The notes under the pieces are model-generated. The model saw nothing but the letters and a program-made list of their open reading frames with translations. It searched no databases and was not told where the DNA came from. Below are positions 20,839 to 30,546 of a DNA stretch of 50,389 nucleotides, one piece after another. Made by a program: the position numbers and the translations under genes. Within the stretch, counting starts at the first letter, position 1; every line of letters begins with the position of its first letter. The DNA is from an uncultured Candidatus Saccharibacteria bacterium (GTDB lineage: Bacteria; Patescibacteriota; Saccharimonadia; Saccharimonadales; AWTP1-31): assembly GCA_964530555.1 (NCBI GenBank), contig CAZHBD010000003.1, positions 1-50,389 on the forward strand. Direction: 5' to 3'.

Positions 20839-21567
20839 CTAGTTCAGACCGAAAAACTCTTCCATGGTCTGACCGTTGCGGTGCAGTTCGGCCGCAAGTT
20901 TTTCGCCAACAAACCGAAGATGCCACGGCTCGTACTGATAGCCTGTACTGTCTTCCTTGCCCTTCAGATAACGAATAACAAAGCCATAGCGGTAGGCATT
21001 TTCGGCTAACCATTTGCCCGTTGGTGTATCACCAAAGCTCTGCACTAGCTCGCAGTTGGTATTGATTGCGCATACATCCATAGCCAGTCCGGTTTGGTGC
21101 TCACTTGTTCCAGGCTTAGCACTCGAGCGGTCGGCAGCCTCTTGTCCGTCACTTGCCACGTAGCCGTTGTAGAGCTGTCTCTGATACGCCTCGGACCTGT
21201 AGCCACTGGCCAGTACTAGTGGGACGTTCGCCTGCTGCGCGGCAGAAAACAACGCTTCAACTGATTCTGCTGCCGGCTTGCCGATGTGCATTTGTTCTGA
21301 GTCTTTGTTCAAACGCTGCGTTACGCTGGGTACAACCAGGTTTGCTGGTACATACCCACTTGGCAACGGTCGTTGTTTGTTGACTATCCACCACAGGCTG
21401 CCAGGTGTATCGATAGAGTATTCTTTTTTATTAAACACTGTTCCGGCGTTATTGCTTACAACGTTCGGTTTGCTAGATGGTGATCGCTGTGATGATTGCT
21501 GGTTAACACGCCATGCGGCAAACGCGATTGTCCCAAAAAGTGCTATAACAAGCAAAATACGTTTCAT
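20839..21567 (-). CDS. VanY-like D-alanyl-D-alanine carboxypeptidase (peptidase M15B)
   Basis: Signal/TM segment MKRILLVIALFGTIAFAAW. Zn-ligand motifs SEHQTGLAMD and EPWHLRFVG. Confidence 0.85.
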   Translation of the reverse strand: MKRILLVIALFGTIAFAAWRVNQQSSQRSPSSKPNVVSNNAGTVFNKKEYSIDTPGSLWWIVNKQRPLPSGYVPANLVVPSVTQRLNKDSEQMHIGKPAAESVEALFSAAQQANVPLVLASGYRSEAYQRQLYNGYVASDGQEAADRSSAKPGTSEHQTGLAMDVCAINTNCELVQSFGDTPTGKWLAENAYRYGFVIRYLKGKEDSTGYQYEPWHLRFVGEKLAAELHRNGQTMEEFFGLN

Positions 21568-21643
21568 ACGAACTAGTATACACAACTTTTTTACCGGTTA
21601 CGCTTGCTAGCACGAATATCCATACCTTACAGTATGGGTAGCT

Positions 21644-22567
21644 ATGCCAACCGTCAAAGACCCCATCGACCTCATTGTGCCGCTATATATGAATGGTTTG
21701 CAGGGCCGCATGCTACGAATGCCTGCTCCACGCGGGCGCAAGCGCGAAATACTGTTTGTATATGGCCATCATTCGAGTCTTGAGCGATGGTCGGGCTTAC
21801 TGACGGTGTTGAACCGTTACGGTGCTGTCACAGCCCCGGATTTGCCTGGCTTCGGTGGTATGGAAAGTTTTTACAAGATTGGTGAGAAGCCTACCATTGA
21901 GCGACTAGCAGACTATCTTGCATCGTTTATTAAGCTGCGTTATCGACGAAAAAAATTTACCATTGTTGGGTTGTCGCTCGGCTTCGCCATTGCAACGCGC
22001 ATGCTCCAAAAATACCCCGAACTATCAAGTCGTGTCGACTTGCTTATCAGTGTTGTTGGCTTTGTGCATCATGAAGAATTTAAGTTTAAGCGACGCAACT
22101 ATTTATTGATGCGCTACGGCTCGAGCTTCTTTTCCAACCGGCTCCCTGCCTGGGTCTGTCAACATATCTTGATGCGTCCGATCTTCATTCGTACAATTTA
22201 TCGACTACAGTCGGATACCAATGCCAAGCTAAAGGATGCCGATACGGCCGAACGCGACAAACGAATCGACTTCGAAGTCGGTTTGTGGCGCAACAACGAT
22301 GTCAGAACCTACATGGAGACAGGATTGTCGATGCTAACCCTGGATCTTTGCAATGCTCAAGTCGACTTGCCAGTGACCCATATTGCGGTCTCGACAGATC
22401 GTTACTTTGATAACCATATTGTTGAGCAGCACTTAGGTGTGGTTTTTCGCAAATCTACTATTGTTCCGGCACGTATGCCAGCACATGCCCCAACAGTTAT
22501 TGCTGATGCCAAAGCGGCTGCCAGTATCATCCCGCCAAAAGTACGACGTATGCTAGCTGCTCGGTAA
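21644..22567 (+). CDS. alpha/beta-fold hydrolase
   Basis: VYGHHSS oxyanion region and a GLSLG nucleophile elbow (GxSxG). 307 aa. Confidence 0.65.
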   Translation: MPTVKDPIDLIVPLYMNGLQGRMLRMPAPRGRKREILFVYGHHSSLERWSGLLTVLNRYGAVTAPDLPGFGGMESFYKIGEKPTIERLADYLASFIKLRYRRKKFTIVGLSLGFAIATRMLQKYPELSSRVDLLISVVGFVHHEEFKFKRRNYLLMRYGSSFFSNRLPAWVCQHILMRPIFIRTIYRLQSDTNAKLKDADTAERDKRIDFEVGLWRNNDVRTYMETGLSMLTLDLCNAQVDLPVTHIAVSTDRYFDNHIVEQHLGVVFRKSTIVPARMPAHAPTVIADAKAAASIIPPKVRRMLAAR

Positions 22568-22587
22568 GGTCTGTTATACTGTCAGTC

Positions 22588-23709
22588 ATGAGAATCGGCA
22601 TGGTCTGCCCATATAATTACTTTCGACCAGGTGGTGTGCAGACCTGTATACGCGAGCTCAGCCAAGAGCTTCGTAAGCGAGGGCATTATGTTAAGGTGAT
22701 TGCTCCCAACCCGCGTCGCGATATTCCAAAAACGTTGGAACCGGACTTAATATTACTCGGCGGCTCGACGGAGTTTAATACCCCGTTTCACACGAAGGCA
22801 GACATTGGTATTGCTCGAAACACTGACGTAATTGATGACCTTTTTGCTCGTGAGAAATTTGATATCTTGCACGTACATGAGCCCGGCTTGCCGTTATACG
22901 GTGTGCAATTATTAGCTCGCTCCACGGCAAAAAACATTGGCACAATGCATGCCTCATTACCCGACAGCATGATCAGTAAATCATTCGAAAAACTTATGAC
23001 GCCGGTCGCTCGATATGTTGAGCCACGTCTTGATCGGGCAACGGCCGTTTCTGAAGTAGCCAAAGACATTTCGCTCGGTTACTCACCCGGTTTGGACATC
23101 GAGGTAATACCTAATGGCATCCGTTTGGACAAGTTTAAGCCTGTCGTGAATAAGTCGCCCAGACGCAGAAAAACGATATTATTTGTAGGCCGCCTCGAAA
23201 AACGCAAAGGTGCTAGTTACTTGCTGAAAGCGTATGCCGAACTCACAAAACAACGTACTGATATTGAACTTAAAATCGTTGGTGATGGCCGCTTACGGCC
23301 ACGTCTTGAGGCGTTGGTCGAGAAATATGGCATACCACATGTATCGTTTCTTGGTTTTGTCAGCGAGGCTAGGAAAATTAGTCTCATGCAAAAAGCGGAT
23401 ATCTTCTGTAGCCCTGCTCTGTATGGAGAAAGTTTTGGGATTGTGCTTCTGGAGGCCATGGCATGCGGGTCAGTTGTTGTTTGCGGCAACAATCCTGGTT
23501 ATGCTTCTGTCATGACGGGACGTGGTAAGTTAAGCCTGGTTGACCCGACATCGATTACTGAATTTAGCCATCGTCTTGAACTTCTGCTATACGACCAAGA
23601 GCTGCGTGCCTACTGGCTAGAATGGGCGCGTGGTTACGTCAGTCAGTTTGATTATCCTGCTATAGCCAAGCAGTATGAATCGGTGTATAAGCAGGCGCTT
23701 AAAAGCTGA
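22588..23709 (+). CDS. family 4 (GT-B) glycosyltransferase
   Basis: GGVQT at the N-terminus, FVGRLEKRKG and GESFGIVLLEAMACG (EX7E region). Confidence 0.85.
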   Translation: MRIGMVCPYNYFRPGGVQTCIRELSQELRKRGHYVKVIAPNPRRDIPKTLEPDLILLGGSTEFNTPFHTKADIGIARNTDVIDDLFAREKFDILHVHEPGLPLYGVQLLARSTAKNIGTMHASLPDSMISKSFEKLMTPVARYVEPRLDRATAVSEVAKDISLGYSPGLDIEVIPNGIRLDKFKPVVNKSPRRRKTILFVGRLEKRKGASYLLKAYAELTKQRTDIELKIVGDGRLRPRLEALVEKYGIPHVSFLGFVSEARKISLMQKADIFCSPALYGESFGIVLLEAMACGSVVVCGNNPGYASVMTGRGKLSLVDPTSITEFSHRLELLLYDQELRAYWLEWARGYVSQFDYPAIAKQYESVYKQALKS

Positions 23710-24830
23710 TGAAAGTTGGTTTCGTCCTCGACGATCGATTTGATGTCCAAGATGGTGTGCAACAATACACCAGAACCATAGGAGCCTGGCTTAGCGAGCA
23801 AGGACATGATGTGCGGTATTTGGTGGCGGGCGATTCTTCAGCGAATTCAGATGTATTAGTCCTGAGCAAGACAACAAATATTCGGTTCAACAAAAATCGC
23901 GTGCGCCTGGTCAAACCCATTTCTGTTTCCAGGGCATCTGCGACTCTGGAGCGTGAGCAGTTTGATGTTTTGCATGTTCAAATGCCTTACGCACCGTGGT
24001 TTGCCGGGCAGATCATTCGCGCCACCTCACCAAAGACGGCAATTGTCGGAACGTTTCATGTCGTACTCGACTCAAAGATGGCGGCGTTTGCATCGCGCGG
24101 TCTGCGGCCACTTTATGTCCCCACGCTTAAAAAGTTTTCAGCGATTTGTTCGGTCTCCGAAGCTGCGCGAGCATACTTACGTCAAAGTCTAGGTATTTCG
24201 AGTTGTATCATTCCTAATGCGGTTGCGGTCGAGCGTTTTATGCGTCAGCAAACAGCGAACCGGCAGCCTGGTAAGCACCGAATTGTGTTTCTGGGACGAC
24301 TCGTAGAGCGAAAAGGCGCCAAACACCTTATACGAGCCTTTGCACTGATGCCGGATCTCGATGGGCTAGAGCTTTATATTGTGGGGGACGGTCCTTTGCG
24401 TGCCAGCCTGGAAAAACTGAGTAAAGAACTGAACATTGAACAACATACACACTTTACGGGGAGTGTCTCTGAAGAGGAAAAAGCTGCCTATCTTCACTCT
24501 GCGAGTTTGGCGGTCTTCCCAGCGACCGGCGGTGAAAGTTTTGGCATTGTACTGATTGAAGCTATGGCGGCGGGTGCTGGCGTGGTGCTTGGTGGTGACA
24601 ACCCCGGATACGCGTGCGTGCTCGGAAAAAAATCAGCTACACTCTTTGCGCCAAGCAACCATCAGGGCCTTGCCCATTTGATGCAACGTATTCTAGCTGA
24701 TCCGACGCTTCAAACCGATCTACACAAACAACAGCAACAACTTGTCAAACGGTTTAGCGTTGAAACAGTTGGTCAAAATTTGCTGAAGTTTTATCGTCGC
24801 GCTATGAATACACCTCAAAAAGTGGCATAA
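23709..24830 (+). CDS. family 4 (GT-B) glycosyltransferase, second copy
   Basis: TGATG overlap with the preceding GT4. DGVQQ, FLGRLVERKG and GESFGIVLIEAMAAG. Confidence 0.85.
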   Translation: MKVGFVLDDRFDVQDGVQQYTRTIGAWLSEQGHDVRYLVAGDSSANSDVLVLSKTTNIRFNKNRVRLVKPISVSRASATLEREQFDVLHVQMPYAPWFAGQIIRATSPKTAIVGTFHVVLDSKMAAFASRGLRPLYVPTLKKFSAICSVSEAARAYLRQSLGISSCIIPNAVAVERFMRQQTANRQPGKHRIVFLGRLVERKGAKHLIRAFALMPDLDGLELYIVGDGPLRASLEKLSKELNIEQHTHFTGSVSEEEKAAYLHSASLAVFPATGGESFGIVLIEAMAAGAGVVLGGDNPGYACVLGKKSATLFAPSNHQGLAHLMQRILADPTLQTDLHKQQQQLVKRFSVETVGQNLLKFYRRAMNTPQKVA

Positions 24831-24840
24831 TGCTTCTGAT

Positions 24841-25926
24841 ATGGCTGCTACCAAAGAAAAACTTGAGGTAACTATTTCCAACAGAACGGTTTTACGAGTG
24901 CTCGCGATGCTTATCTTTGCCTACTTGGGCGTGCGCGCTTTCGTCTCTCTGGCTCAGCCTATCACGCTAATTCTAATTGCCTTCTTTTTAGCTCTAGCAC
25001 TAAACCCGGCAGTTAGCTGGGTGTCACGGCGCTTACGTAGCAAAAATCGTTCACTGGCTACTGCTATTGCTTTCATAACGGTCTTGGTGTTACTTGTAAG
25101 TTTTTTCTCGGTCGTCATACCCCCGCTTGCTCGACAAGTTGGGGATTTTGTAAAGGATGTGCCGTCAACTGTACAAAACCTCAAGACGCAGGATTCGCCG
25201 GTGGGTCGAGGAGTGCGTCGCTATGGTTTAGACAATAAGCTTGATGAGTTTGCGCATGATTTTAGTCAGAAGATTGGTCCAAAGCCGATCTTAGACACGG
25301 CTGGAAGAGTCGGTGAGGTGCTAGTATCAACTCTGGCGGTGCTCGCCATGACATTTATGATGCTTAATGAAGGCCCCTCGTGGATGGAGCGACTCATGGC
25401 GTTGGTACCTGCGAATAAACGAGCTCATCGTCGCAAATTGTTAGCGCAGATGTACGGAATGGTAACGGGCTACGTGAACGGTCAGCTGATTATGGCGACT
25501 ATTGCAGCATCGTTTTTGTTGGTCATGCTATTGATTACCTCATCGCTATTAAACGTCTCTGTTAATGCTTTAGCGTTAGCCGGCATTATGGCGATTTTTG
25601 GTTTGATACCAATGATCGGCAACCCAATTGGTGCGGTAATTGTAGTAACCGCTTGCGTGCTCAGCTCATTCAACCTAGCAATCATCGTAGGCATCTACTT
25701 CTTAATTTACTTCCAGATTGAAAATATTACGCTGCAACCGTATATCCAGTCCAAGCAAAATGAATTAACGCCACTAACCGTCTTTGTCTCGGCGCTTATT
25801 GGCATCAGCTATGCTGGTATTATTGGTGCGCTCTTTGCTATTCCAGTAGCCGGGTGCCTGCGAATTGTTCTGATTGATTGGGCAACCAGCCGCGGCTATC
25901 TTCAGTCTACCGAACAGCCGGGCTAG
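24841..25926 (+). CDS. AI-2E family transporter (PerM/UPF0118)
   Basis: 361 aa with about 8 TM helices. The family-like N-terminal region is IAFFLALALNPAVSWVSRRL. The overall topology fits. Confidence 0.7.
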   Translation: MAATKEKLEVTISNRTVLRVLAMLIFAYLGVRAFVSLAQPITLILIAFFLALALNPAVSWVSRRLRSKNRSLATAIAFITVLVLLVSFFSVVIPPLARQVGDFVKDVPSTVQNLKTQDSPVGRGVRRYGLDNKLDEFAHDFSQKIGPKPILDTAGRVGEVLVSTLAVLAMTFMMLNEGPSWMERLMALVPANKRAHRRKLLAQMYGMVTGYVNGQLIMATIAASFLLVMLLITSSLLNVSVNALALAGIMAIFGLIPMIGNPIGAVIVVTACVLSSFNLAIIVGIYFLIYFQIENITLQPYIQSKQNELTPLTVFVSALIGISYAGIIGALFAIPVAGCLRIVLIDWATSRGYLQSTEQPG

Positions 25927-27362
25927 GACCGCTTGGTTACTGATGTGCGGGCCCACTGTGGCCCGAAGGAAGTGTCCCGTAGCTCAATTCCCTGTTTGAG
26001 TAGGTCGTTTCTGATTTGGTCTGAAGCCTTAAAGTCTTTTGCCTGTCGTGCTTTTTCGCGCTTGTGTATTAACTCTTTTTGGTCGCGGGTTATGTCTGGG
26101 CGATTGGCTAGGTTAAGTCCAAAGAGGCTATCCAGAAAAGCCAGAGTGCCATCTGTATAGTTCCCTTCAACTCCCGGAATAGGAACGGTCAGCATGTAAC
26201 TGACTAGCTTATTGAGGTGTGCCAACGCTAGTGGGGTATTAAGGTCATCCTGCAAAGCAGTTATTATCTGTTGACGAGTAGTGTCAAATAAATCATCCAG
26301 GTCTTTCGGTATACTATCTGTGCTTGGTTGGTGTCGCAGATCTGCCCAAGCTCGCAGTTCATTGAGCCGGTTTTGCGCTGCTTCCAGACTCTCCCAAGTA
26401 AAGTTGCTCTGGGTTCGATAGTGGCTTTGCAGCACTAAAAGTCGAAATGCCAGCGGCTCAAATCCTTTGGCAATAATATCTTCCAAGGTAAAGAAGTTCT
26501 GTAGGCTTTTGCTCATCTTTCGCCCATCAACTAAGAGGTGCTCATTATGGATGAACATCGAGCAGTAAACGGCGTTGTCTTTTCCGGCAGTGCTCTGGGC
26601 AATTTCGTTTTCGTGGTGCGGAAATGCCAGGTCTATGCCGCCAGTATGTATGTCAAATGGTTGTCCCAAACTTTGACTGCTCATGACTGAACACTCAATA
26701 TGCCAGCCAGGACGTCCAGCTAGATCATGGTCATCCAACACAAATTCCCATGATGGTTCGGTAGGTTTTTTAGTTTTCCAAAGTGCGAAATCGTGTGCTG
26801 AGTCTTTATCATACTCGTCGTTACTGATTCTAGCCTGGCTCGTATTGTCATTCGTTACTGTGACCAACTGACCATACTTTTTTCCACTCCGTTTGTAGGC
26901 TTCGATTGAAAAGTATACTCCGTCATCGGCAATATACGCGAAGTTGTCTCGGTAGAGCTCGGTAATGAGCTGCTGCATACCAGCGATACTTTTTGGATCA
27001 GTCGCGCGTACAAACTGCACTGCGCTTATGTCATTACCGATTACTACCATATCTTGCAGAAATATTTCTTCGTATTGACGGGTTAGCTTAGTCAGGGCTG
27101 CTTTGGGTGGTAGGTCTGGGTATTGCTCGTGGCTGCGTCGAATTGTCTTGTCGTCAACATCAGTAAAATTCATGACATGTTTGGTTTTCAAGCCACTGGC
27201 CTGGATGACACGGCGCAATAAGTCGGCATAAATAAAGGCGCTGAGGTTGCCAATGTGTATGTGGTCGTAGACGGTCGGTCCACATGAGTAGATTGTGACC
27301 CCAGTGTCATGACGGGGCTGCAGTATATCTTGCTGTTTGGTCAGGGTATTATAAAATCTCAT
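25923..27362 (-). CDS. cysS: cysteine--tRNA ligase
   Basis: CGPTVYDHIHIGN (HIGH box), KMSKS and WHIECS. 479 aa. Confidence 0.96.
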   Translation of the reverse strand: MRFYNTLTKQQDILQPRHDTGVTIYSCGPTVYDHIHIGNLSAFIYADLLRRVIQASGLKTKHVMNFTDVDDKTIRRSHEQYPDLPPKAALTKLTRQYEEIFLQDMVVIGNDISAVQFVRATDPKSIAGMQQLITELYRDNFAYIADDGVYFSIEAYKRSGKKYGQLVTVTNDNTSQARISNDEYDKDSAHDFALWKTKKPTEPSWEFVLDDHDLAGRPGWHIECSVMSSQSLGQPFDIHTGGIDLAFPHHENEIAQSTAGKDNAVYCSMFIHNEHLLVDGRKMSKSLQNFFTLEDIIAKGFEPLAFRLLVLQSHYRTQSNFTWESLEAAQNRLNELRAWADLRHQPSTDSIPKDLDDLFDTTRQQIITALQDDLNTPLALAHLNKLVSYMLTVPIPGVEGNYTDGTLAFLDSLFGLNLANRPDITRDQKELIHKREKARQAKDFKASDQIRNDLLKQGIELRDTSFGPQWARTSVTKRS

Positions 27363-28360
27363 TGTGATCCATTGAGCAGCTTGTTCGCTTGTTTTATAAG
27401 TTCCGTTTTGAGCTCATTGTGCTGCCAACCAAAGGTTTTAAAACCTGCCGCGCTGGGATGGCCGCCGCCGCCAAAGTGAGCTGCCAGGTCATTGGCGATA
27501 GTACAACCAAAGTTACAGCGTATTTTGGCTGTAATCTTACCATCGGGATATGATTTTAAGGCGACTGCAATCTTGACGCCTTCTGCAAAACGTAAATCCT
27601 CAAGGGCAAGTACCCCCGGGTTATATAATGCACTATATGTTTCAATCTCTTTCCAGGGAATCTCCACAATCGCCATCTGGTTATCCACAAAATATTGGAT
27701 TCGCTCAAGCAACTTCGCTTTATAGGCGATAATTTCACGAGGCTTGGTCATGCCGCTGCGACGACGAGCATCAAGTTCGGCCAAGTTAACACCAAAGTCG
27801 ACTAACTCGGCAAGCGCGCGAATACTGTCGGCGGTCACATTCTCAGTTGTCAGCCCAAGGGAATCGGCCAGCATGGAAGTAACGATAAGTTCAGCAGAAG
27901 GTTTCGTCACTTCCCAGTCGAGTGCTTTTGCCAGGCGAAAGATAAGTTCTCCACTCGAGATTGCTGCAGCATCGCTGACCAGCAGGTGTTCAAATGGTAG
28001 ATCGGCCGCACTGCTATGATGATCGACGACGATTACCGGTTTTTGTTTAAGGCTGCCGACACGACCTGCTTGCTCTAGTTTTTGCAGAAGCGTTATGGTT
28101 GAGCAATCAACGACAATACTTAGGTCAAATGTGTTGGGTAGTTCATTGGTCACACGATCCCACCCCGGGATAAATTTTAGATAGCTTGGCATGTCTACGC
28201 CGCAATATAATGTGACTGACTTCTTGCGCTGAGCAAGCAGTTCTTCGAGTGCGAGCGCGCTAGCTAGACTGTCTGCATCAGGATTGTCAGCTTGAATAAT
28301 AACAATTGACGTAGCGGTATCAACGGTCGTTTGGAATGCAGTAATAACGTCTGAGTTCAT
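27359..28360 (-). CDS. nrnA: DHH/DHHA1 phosphoesterase (NrnA-like oligoribonuclease/pAp phosphatase)
   Basis: DADSLAS, VVDHHSS (DHH) and GGGHPSAAG (DHHA1). 4-nt overlap with cysS. Confidence 0.8.
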   Translation of the reverse strand: MNSDVITAFQTTVDTATSIVIIQADNPDADSLASALALEELLAQRKKSVTLYCGVDMPSYLKFIPGWDRVTNELPNTFDLSIVVDCSTITLLQKLEQAGRVGSLKQKPVIVVDHHSSAADLPFEHLLVSDAAAISSGELIFRLAKALDWEVTKPSAELIVTSMLADSLGLTTENVTADSIRALAELVDFGVNLAELDARRRSGMTKPREIIAYKAKLLERIQYFVDNQMAIVEIPWKEIETYSALYNPGVLALEDLRFAEGVKIAVALKSYPDGKITAKIRCNFGCTIANDLAAHFGGGGHPSAAGFKTFGWQHNELKTELIKQANKLLNGSQ

Positions 28361-28386
28361 CTAGAGCTAGTATACCGATTTGCTGG

Positions 28387-28995
28387 TTAGTTGACCACTT
28401 GTCTGCCTTCAAGGGCCCGTGCTAAGGTGATTTGGTCTGCGTACTCCAAGTCAACACCAATCGGTAGTCCACGTGCCAGACGTGTAATAGTCACTGATCT
28501 ATCGCCTATTTGTTGCTGAATATAGAGCGCAGTCGACTCGCCCTCGACGCTGGCATTTGTTGCCATGATTACCTCACGGACCTTATCTTCATCAAGCCGC
28601 TGAAGTAACTCGGCAACGTGCAGCTGCTCGGGAGTAATGCCATCAATCGGTGAGATCAAGCCACCTAGTACATGGTATGTGCCCCTAAACTGGCTGGTTT
28701 TCTCTAAGGCCATAATGTCAAAAGGTTCAGCAACAACGGCCACCAGGGTCTTATCGCGTGACGGGTCGGTATAGAGAGACGACAGCTCATCGCCCTTTTT
28801 GATTAAGGCAAAGGTTTTAGGGCAATAGTCTATTTCATCATGTAATACCGATAACTCTTTGGCTAGTCGCTTTGCAATAGCGGGGTCGTTACGCAGTAAA
28901 TAGTAAGCATAGCGTTCAGCAGAACGTGGACCAACGCCAGGTAAACTGCCAAGGGCAGTAATTAGCTTTTCAAGTGCCGGCGGTAAAACCTGCAT
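28387..28995 (-). CDS. recR: recombination protein RecR, with a degenerate zinc finger
   Basis: HhH LPGVGPRSAERYAYYLL and Toprim ATNASVEGESTALYI. Only one Cys remains where the C4 finger normally lies. Confidence 0.92.
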   Translation of the reverse strand: MQVLPPALEKLITALGSLPGVGPRSAERYAYYLLRNDPAIAKRLAKELSVLHDEIDYCPKTFALIKKGDELSSLYTDPSRDKTLVAVVAEPFDIMALEKTSQFRGTYHVLGGLISPIDGITPEQLHVAELLQRLDEDKVREVIMATNASVEGESTALYIQQQIGDRSVTITRLARGLPIGVDLEYADQITLARALEGRQVVN

Positions 28996-29001
28996 GAACT
29001 G

Positions 29002-29295
29002 CTACAGCCCTAGATCGCCGAGTGCGCCCATCATAGGTTGCATTTTCTCGGCAGCAAGCTTTTGACTCTGTGCGATTGCATCTTTCACCGCATCCTCAAT
29101 CCATCGCTCCAGCTCACGGATGTCATTAAGGTCAACCTGGTCTGGGTCGATGTGAATCTTTTTTATCTTCTGCTCACCTGTTATCTCGACTCGGACGGCA
29201 CCATCTCCCTGCTCGACCGTTATCACTTGTTTCTGTAGCTCTTTTTGAAGCTTTTTTACTTTCATCAACATCTTAGCTTGATCGAATCGACTCAC
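29002..29295 (-). CDS. ybaB: YbaB/EbfC nucleoid-associated protein
   Basis: 97 aa. GTG start with AAGGAGA 6 nt upstream. Family-like core GDGAVRVEITGEQKIKKIHIDP. Position upstream of recR. Confidence 0.85.
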   Translation of the reverse strand: MSRFDQAKMLMKVKKLQKELQKQVITVEQGDGAVRVEITGEQKIKKIHIDPDQVDLNDIRELERWIEDAVKDAIAQSQKLAAEKMQPMMGALGDLGL

Positions 29296-29333
29296 TGTGG
29301 ATCTCCTTATTGGTGGTTATATTGTACCATTTC

Positions 29334-30533
29334 TCACAGAATTTGCCGGTAGCTGGCTCGTGTGGCAGGCGTTCGTGGCCAAGCAACAAAATAGTGTTGC
29401 ACATTGTACCAGCCAATTGCCAGGGTGGCACATCCTAGTAAGACATATGCCAAGCCGCGGGCAAATGGGTTGCGGGGGAAGACGGTAAACCACTGCCCCA
29501 CCATAAAGGCAATGCCAGCAGCAACGAATAAGAAGCAAAATGGCAACAAAATTGCTACGGAAACGGGGCCTCCCAAGCTTGTCAACATCCAACTTAACGC
29601 AGCCCCGCCAATTACTATACGGCTGCGATCAAGTTGCCAGTCTAGAAGAAAGCTGTAAATGCCCAAAATCGCCAAAAGAACACTGCCAAAATCAAGTAGT
29701 GGCATACGCCCAAGCCAAATTGAGGGATCGTTCGGGCCGTGCCATAAAAGTCTAATTGGAACGTCGAGAAAGTTTCGACCTATCTGCAGTATGTTGTTCA
29801 TTCCCTCTTTCGGGAGTCCGCCAATCTCATACAGAACATGAGGGTCTTTAATACTGCTATAGATCAACGGTAATAACAGCACTCCCAGAATTGCGCTGCC
29901 GGTAATAACGTGAACTTTCGAAGTTTGAATGAGTTCTTTTAAGACTCGTCTTTGCCATACAGCGCCGGCAATAACAAACCATATCATCCCCGGTATATAA
30001 AGCATCATCGCTGCAAGTAGTGTGCCAACAGGCAGTAAGATATGGCGAAAGCGACGTCCCCTGGTTTCTGTACCGTAAGCGATCACAATCACAGAAAACA
30101 GCAGTATGATGGTTGGTTCTGCCGAACGTGCAATATGCAAAAACCATGCAGATGATGCAAAAAGTACCGTTGATACGACTGCTACACGCTTAGAGAACCA
30201 ATGGGTTAGCGTGTAGTAGAAACTCACGATAAGCCCGAGGGCGATAATTACGCTTGCCAAACGCGCAGAGCCAAATGATGGAGAAAATACTTTAATTATC
30301 ACGAGCTGGAGCAACCGATGGGGCAAAAAAAGCGGATCTGCAATCATCTGTGAGAACGAATGATTGTGGTAGGCTGCCTGTTCCGCATTACTGAAACCCG
30401 GCAACAAACTACCTAGTCGATAAATGAGTAGCAATAAAGTTGTCAACAGGGCAATACTGTAACCCAAAACAGGTTGCCATAGCCCCACCATCCACGTTCG
30501 AAATCGACTCTTACCCATAATGCTTATGCCCAT
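29334..30533 (-). CDS. integral membrane protein (ArnT/PMT-like GT-C glycosyltransferase suspected)
   Basis: 399 aa with more than 10 hydrophobic helices. Assignment to GT-C rests on topology only. An alternative ATG exists at 30518. Confidence 0.55.
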   Translation of the reverse strand: MGISIMGKSRFRTWMVGLWQPVLGYSIALLTTLLLLIYRLGSLLPGFSNAEQAAYHNHSFSQMIADPLFLPHRLLQLVIIKVFSPSFGSARLASVIIALGLIVSFYYTLTHWFSKRVAVVSTVLFASSAWFLHIARSAEPTIILLFSVIVIAYGTETRGRRFRHILLPVGTLLAAMMLYIPGMIWFVIAGAVWQRRVLKELIQTSKVHVITGSAILGVLLLPLIYSSIKDPHVLYEIGGLPKEGMNNILQIGRNFLDVPIRLLWHGPNDPSIWLGRMPLLDFGSVLLAILGIYSFLLDWQLDRSRIVIGGAALSWMLTSLGGPVSVAILLPFCFLFVAAGIAFMVGQWFTVFPRNPFARGLAYVLLGCATLAIGWYNVQHYFVAWPRTPATRASYRQIL

Positions 30534-30546
30534 AAGTATAGCATTT

